A DNA stretch of 64,000 nucleotides from Bdellovibrionaceae bacterium UBA3535 (lineage in GTDB: Bacteria > Bdellovibrionota > Bdellovibrionia > Bdellovibrionales > UBA840), in assembly GCA_002376845.1 (NCBI GenBank), contig DFOS01000008.1:3583-67582 (forward strand), read 5' to 3'. The number at the start of each line of letters is the position of its first letter. Positions within the stretch are counted from its first letter, which is position 1. Both the position numbers and the translations under genes were made by a program. Positions 61,806 to 64,000 of the stretch are shown piece by piece. The notes beneath the pieces were generated by a model, which worked only from the letters and a program-made list of their open reading frames with translations, was not told the DNA's origin and ran no database searches.

Positions 61806-62750
61806 CTACGTAAACATGGCACTAACGGATTCATTACCATGAATTCTTAAAATTGTTTGCGCTACAACTGGTGCCACACTCACCACTTCTACTTTCGAGC
61901 AAGCCTGCGCATTTTCTCTTAAGGGGATCGTGTCTGTAACCAGAATTTTCTCAATCTGGCTTTCTGTGATCCGGCTTATGGCGGGCCCCGAAAATAGGGG
62001 ATGTGTAGCAACTGCAAAAACCTTTTTTGCCCCATTTTTTATCAGACTGTCAACCGCTTCTGTAAGAGTTCCAGCCGTATCAATCATGTCATCTACGATG
62101 ATGGCATTTTTACCACTAACATCCCCGATAACATGGTAGGCCTTGGCCTCATTTGGCCCGCTGCGTCGCTTGTCCACAATGGCAATGGAACAGTCTATGC
62201 GCTTAGCAAAAGCGCGGGTTCTTTCCACGCCGCCGGCATCTGGGCTCACGGCAATAAAATCATCCCCATAGCCGTAGGCTTCCCGCCAACGCCTGGCGAG
62301 GGTAGGAATGGCGTAAATATGATCGACGGGGATATTAAAAAAACCGGCAATTTGGCCCGCGTGCAAGTCTACGGATAGCACTCTGGTAGCGCCGGCAGTG
62401 GTGAGTAGATCCGCCACCAATTTGGCAGAGATCGGGGAGCGAGGTGCCACCTTGCGGTCCTGACGGGCGTAACCATAATAGGGCATCACGGCAGTAATGC
62501 GTTTGGCCGACGCACGCTTTAGAGCGTCCATGACCACAAAGGTTTCCATATAGTTTTCGTTTGTAGGATTACAAGTGGATTGAATAAAAAAGACATCTGC
62601 ACCGCGCACATTGGTCTGTACTTCGGCCTGTACCTCGCCATCGGCGAATCTTTTTAGTAGTATGGGGCTTAGTTCTGAGCCGGCCTCCTTTGCAACATCT
62701 TCGGCAAACTTTTGATTGGAATTTCCGGAGAAAAAAAGTACCTGGCTCAT
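61806..62750 (-). CDS. prs: ribose-phosphate pyrophosphokinase
   Basis: Trimmed to the ATG at 62750 (MSQVLFFSGNSN). Motifs DLHAGQIAGFF, PRPP loop IIVDDMIDTAGT and YGYARQDRK. Confidence 0.95.
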   Translation of the reverse strand: MSQVLFFSGNSNQKFAEDVAKEAGSELSPILLKRFADGEVQAEVQTNVRGADVFFIQSTCNPTNENYMETFVVMDALKRASAKRITAVMPYYGYARQDRKVAPRSPISAKLVADLLTTAGATRVLSVDLHAGQIAGFFNIPVDHIYAIPTLARRWREAYGYGDDFIAVSPDAGGVERTRAFAKRIDCSIAIVDKRRSGPNEAKAYHVIGDVSGKNAIIVDDMIDTAGTLTEAVDSLIKNGAKKVFAVATHPLFSGPAISRITESQIEKILVTDTIPLRENAQACSKVEVVSVAPVVAQTILRIHGNESVSAMFT

Positions 62751-62934
62751 CGTGTGCCATAGATAACGAATCTTGCCTTTTTTGTCTATGTTAAATGTTT
62801 TTCTTTTCTCCTGATTAGAGGATTTTCGAAAACGCCTTTTCCTTAAGCGATTGTGCAAAAACTCCTATGCTTTTGGCTTCAATGTGGGGATCTTTACTTG
62901 ATTCTACCCTTTAAAGCCGTTTTAATGTGCGGCA

Positions 62935-63945
62935 ATGGCAGCTGATAAAGATCTACAAAAACTTCCCAAAGACTTGGCCCTGAAAATCCATGATTTGATG
63001 GTAAAATCGCGTGTGCTAGAGGAACGTTGCATTCGTCTTTACAAGATGGGGGATGCCTTCTTTTGGATTGGCGGCGCCGGCGAGGAAGCCTTTGGTGTAC
63101 CCCTCGGACTGTTGGTCAACAAGGGGCAGGGATTGAACCATGATTGGTTGCACCTACACTACCGCTGTACGCCCACTCTTGTTGCCATGGGCATGCCGAT
63201 GATTGACAGCATCCGTTTGATCATGAACCGAGCCACCGATGTTTCCACGGGTGGAAGAAATTTTTCTTCGCACTACGCTTATCCAAAGTGGAATGTGGCA
63301 CCGGTGACTTCGCCGATTGAAGTGCAGTATTCCATTGCCATAGGTACGGCATGGGCTCAGCACCGTGAGAAAGCAAAAGGCATTAGTATCGTGACCGGCG
63401 GTGATGCGGGTACTGCAGAAGGGGATTTTGCCACTTCTTTGGTTTGGTCCTCGCGCAAGGGCAACGAGTTGCCGCTCTATTGTATTGTTACAAATAATAA
63501 ATGGGGAATTTCTACTGCCTATGATGGCCAACATGGCGAAGAAAAAATCGCCGATCGTGGCAAGGCCTTTGGTATGAAAACACAGTATGTGAATGGCAAT
63601 GATGTGGTGGAGTCCTATCTTAAGTTGCAAGAGGGTATGGATTACATCCGTAAAACTGGCAAGCCCATCTTGGGTGAGTTTTTGGTTTCTCGTCTCTATG
63701 GTCACTCTTCTGCTTCGGGAGCTAATTTTGCCAAAGATGAGGTGGATCCGATTAAGGAATTTGAACAGCGTCTTATCAAGGCCGGCTACATAAGTGAAAA
63801 AGCAGCCCAGAAAATGTGGGAAGATTATTTAAAAGAAAGCCAAGAGCTGGCAGCAAAAGTGCGCAAAGAGCAGGGGCCAGAGGCCGAATCGGTATGGGAT
63901 CATATCTATGCCAATAATGAAAATGCCGATTGGAGGAAGTTCTAA
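62935..63945 (+). CDS. 2-oxoacid (pyruvate/branched-chain) dehydrogenase E1 component, alpha subunit
   Basis: TPP-binding motif GGDAGTAEGDF...IVTNNKWGIST. 336 aa. Confidence 0.85.
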   Translation: MAADKDLQKLPKDLALKIHDLMVKSRVLEERCIRLYKMGDAFFWIGGAGEEAFGVPLGLLVNKGQGLNHDWLHLHYRCTPTLVAMGMPMIDSIRLIMNRATDVSTGGRNFSSHYAYPKWNVAPVTSPIEVQYSIAIGTAWAQHREKAKGISIVTGGDAGTAEGDFATSLVWSSRKGNELPLYCIVTNNKWGISTAYDGQHGEEKIADRGKAFGMKTQYVNGNDVVESYLKLQEGMDYIRKTGKPILGEFLVSRLYGHSSASGANFAKDEVDPIKEFEQRLIKAGYISEKAAQKMWEDYLKESQELAAKVRKEQGPEAESVWDHIYANNENADWRKF

Positions 63946-64000
63946 TGGCGAATATGGCTCAAGCCATTCGTATGGCACTTCACTACGCAGAAAAAAACTT
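63945..64000 (+). CDS. 2-oxoacid dehydrogenase E1 beta subunit (5' fragment, runs off the window)
   Basis: ATG overlaps the alpha-subunit stop (TAATG). MANMAQAIRMALHYAEKN resembles the E1-beta N-terminus. Only 18 codons are visible. Confidence 0.6.
   Translation, partial: MANMAQAIRMALHYAEKN

Overview
This 64-kb chromosomal window holds about 60 protein-coding genes on both strands. By eye I found no rRNA, tRNA, CRISPR array, transposase or integrase. Most of it is housekeeping: rRNA methyltransferase; an ntrC-like/cdsA/plsC operon; serA; an Hpt/HK/RR phosphorelay; grx4-bolA; nadC-birA; lptF/G; def-fmt; rpe; hutH...hutU-hutI; glpK; ltaE; hemH; radA; slt; oppABC; and ychF-pth-L25-prs with a 2-oxoacid dehydrogenase E1. 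Several features point tentatively to a Bdellovibrio-like (Bdellovibrionota) genome: a RomR-like regulator, a DUF4423/TIGR02147-like gene, 'QNC'-type lipoprotein signals and a stand-alone tail-fibre-like adhesin. This is an inference, not a database result.

Non-routine content:
1. An archaeal-type topoisomerase VI operon (top6B-top6A) preceded by a small HNH gene. Top6B ends in a 72-aa histone-H1-like lysine tail.
2. Five kb downstream, a mitochondrial-type aconitase is fused to a 119-aa near-perfect (KKKAT)x22 tail, encoded by nested tandem DNA repeats.
3. A two-gene lipoprotein plus phage-tail-fibre-like cassette (Cys-bracketed modules, Hep_Hag-like repeats, C-terminal S74 intramolecular-chaperone domain). 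It has its own near-consensus promoter and no other phage genes, and it sits inside a split hut cluster.
4. An HNH gene directly upstream of hutU, peppered and flanked by six copies of the 10-mer CTTTAAGCAG in two reading frames and in non-coding DNA. Covarying flanks would form small hairpins with a constant loop.
5. An XRE-HTH plus minimal nucleotidyltransferase-fold gene pair with its own promoter.
6. An AT-richer two-gene unit: a DUF4423-like regulator and a 677-aa secreted HExxH/poly-DE protein.

All functional calls come from motif recognition in the supplied translations. No searches or computations beyond hand counting were possible.
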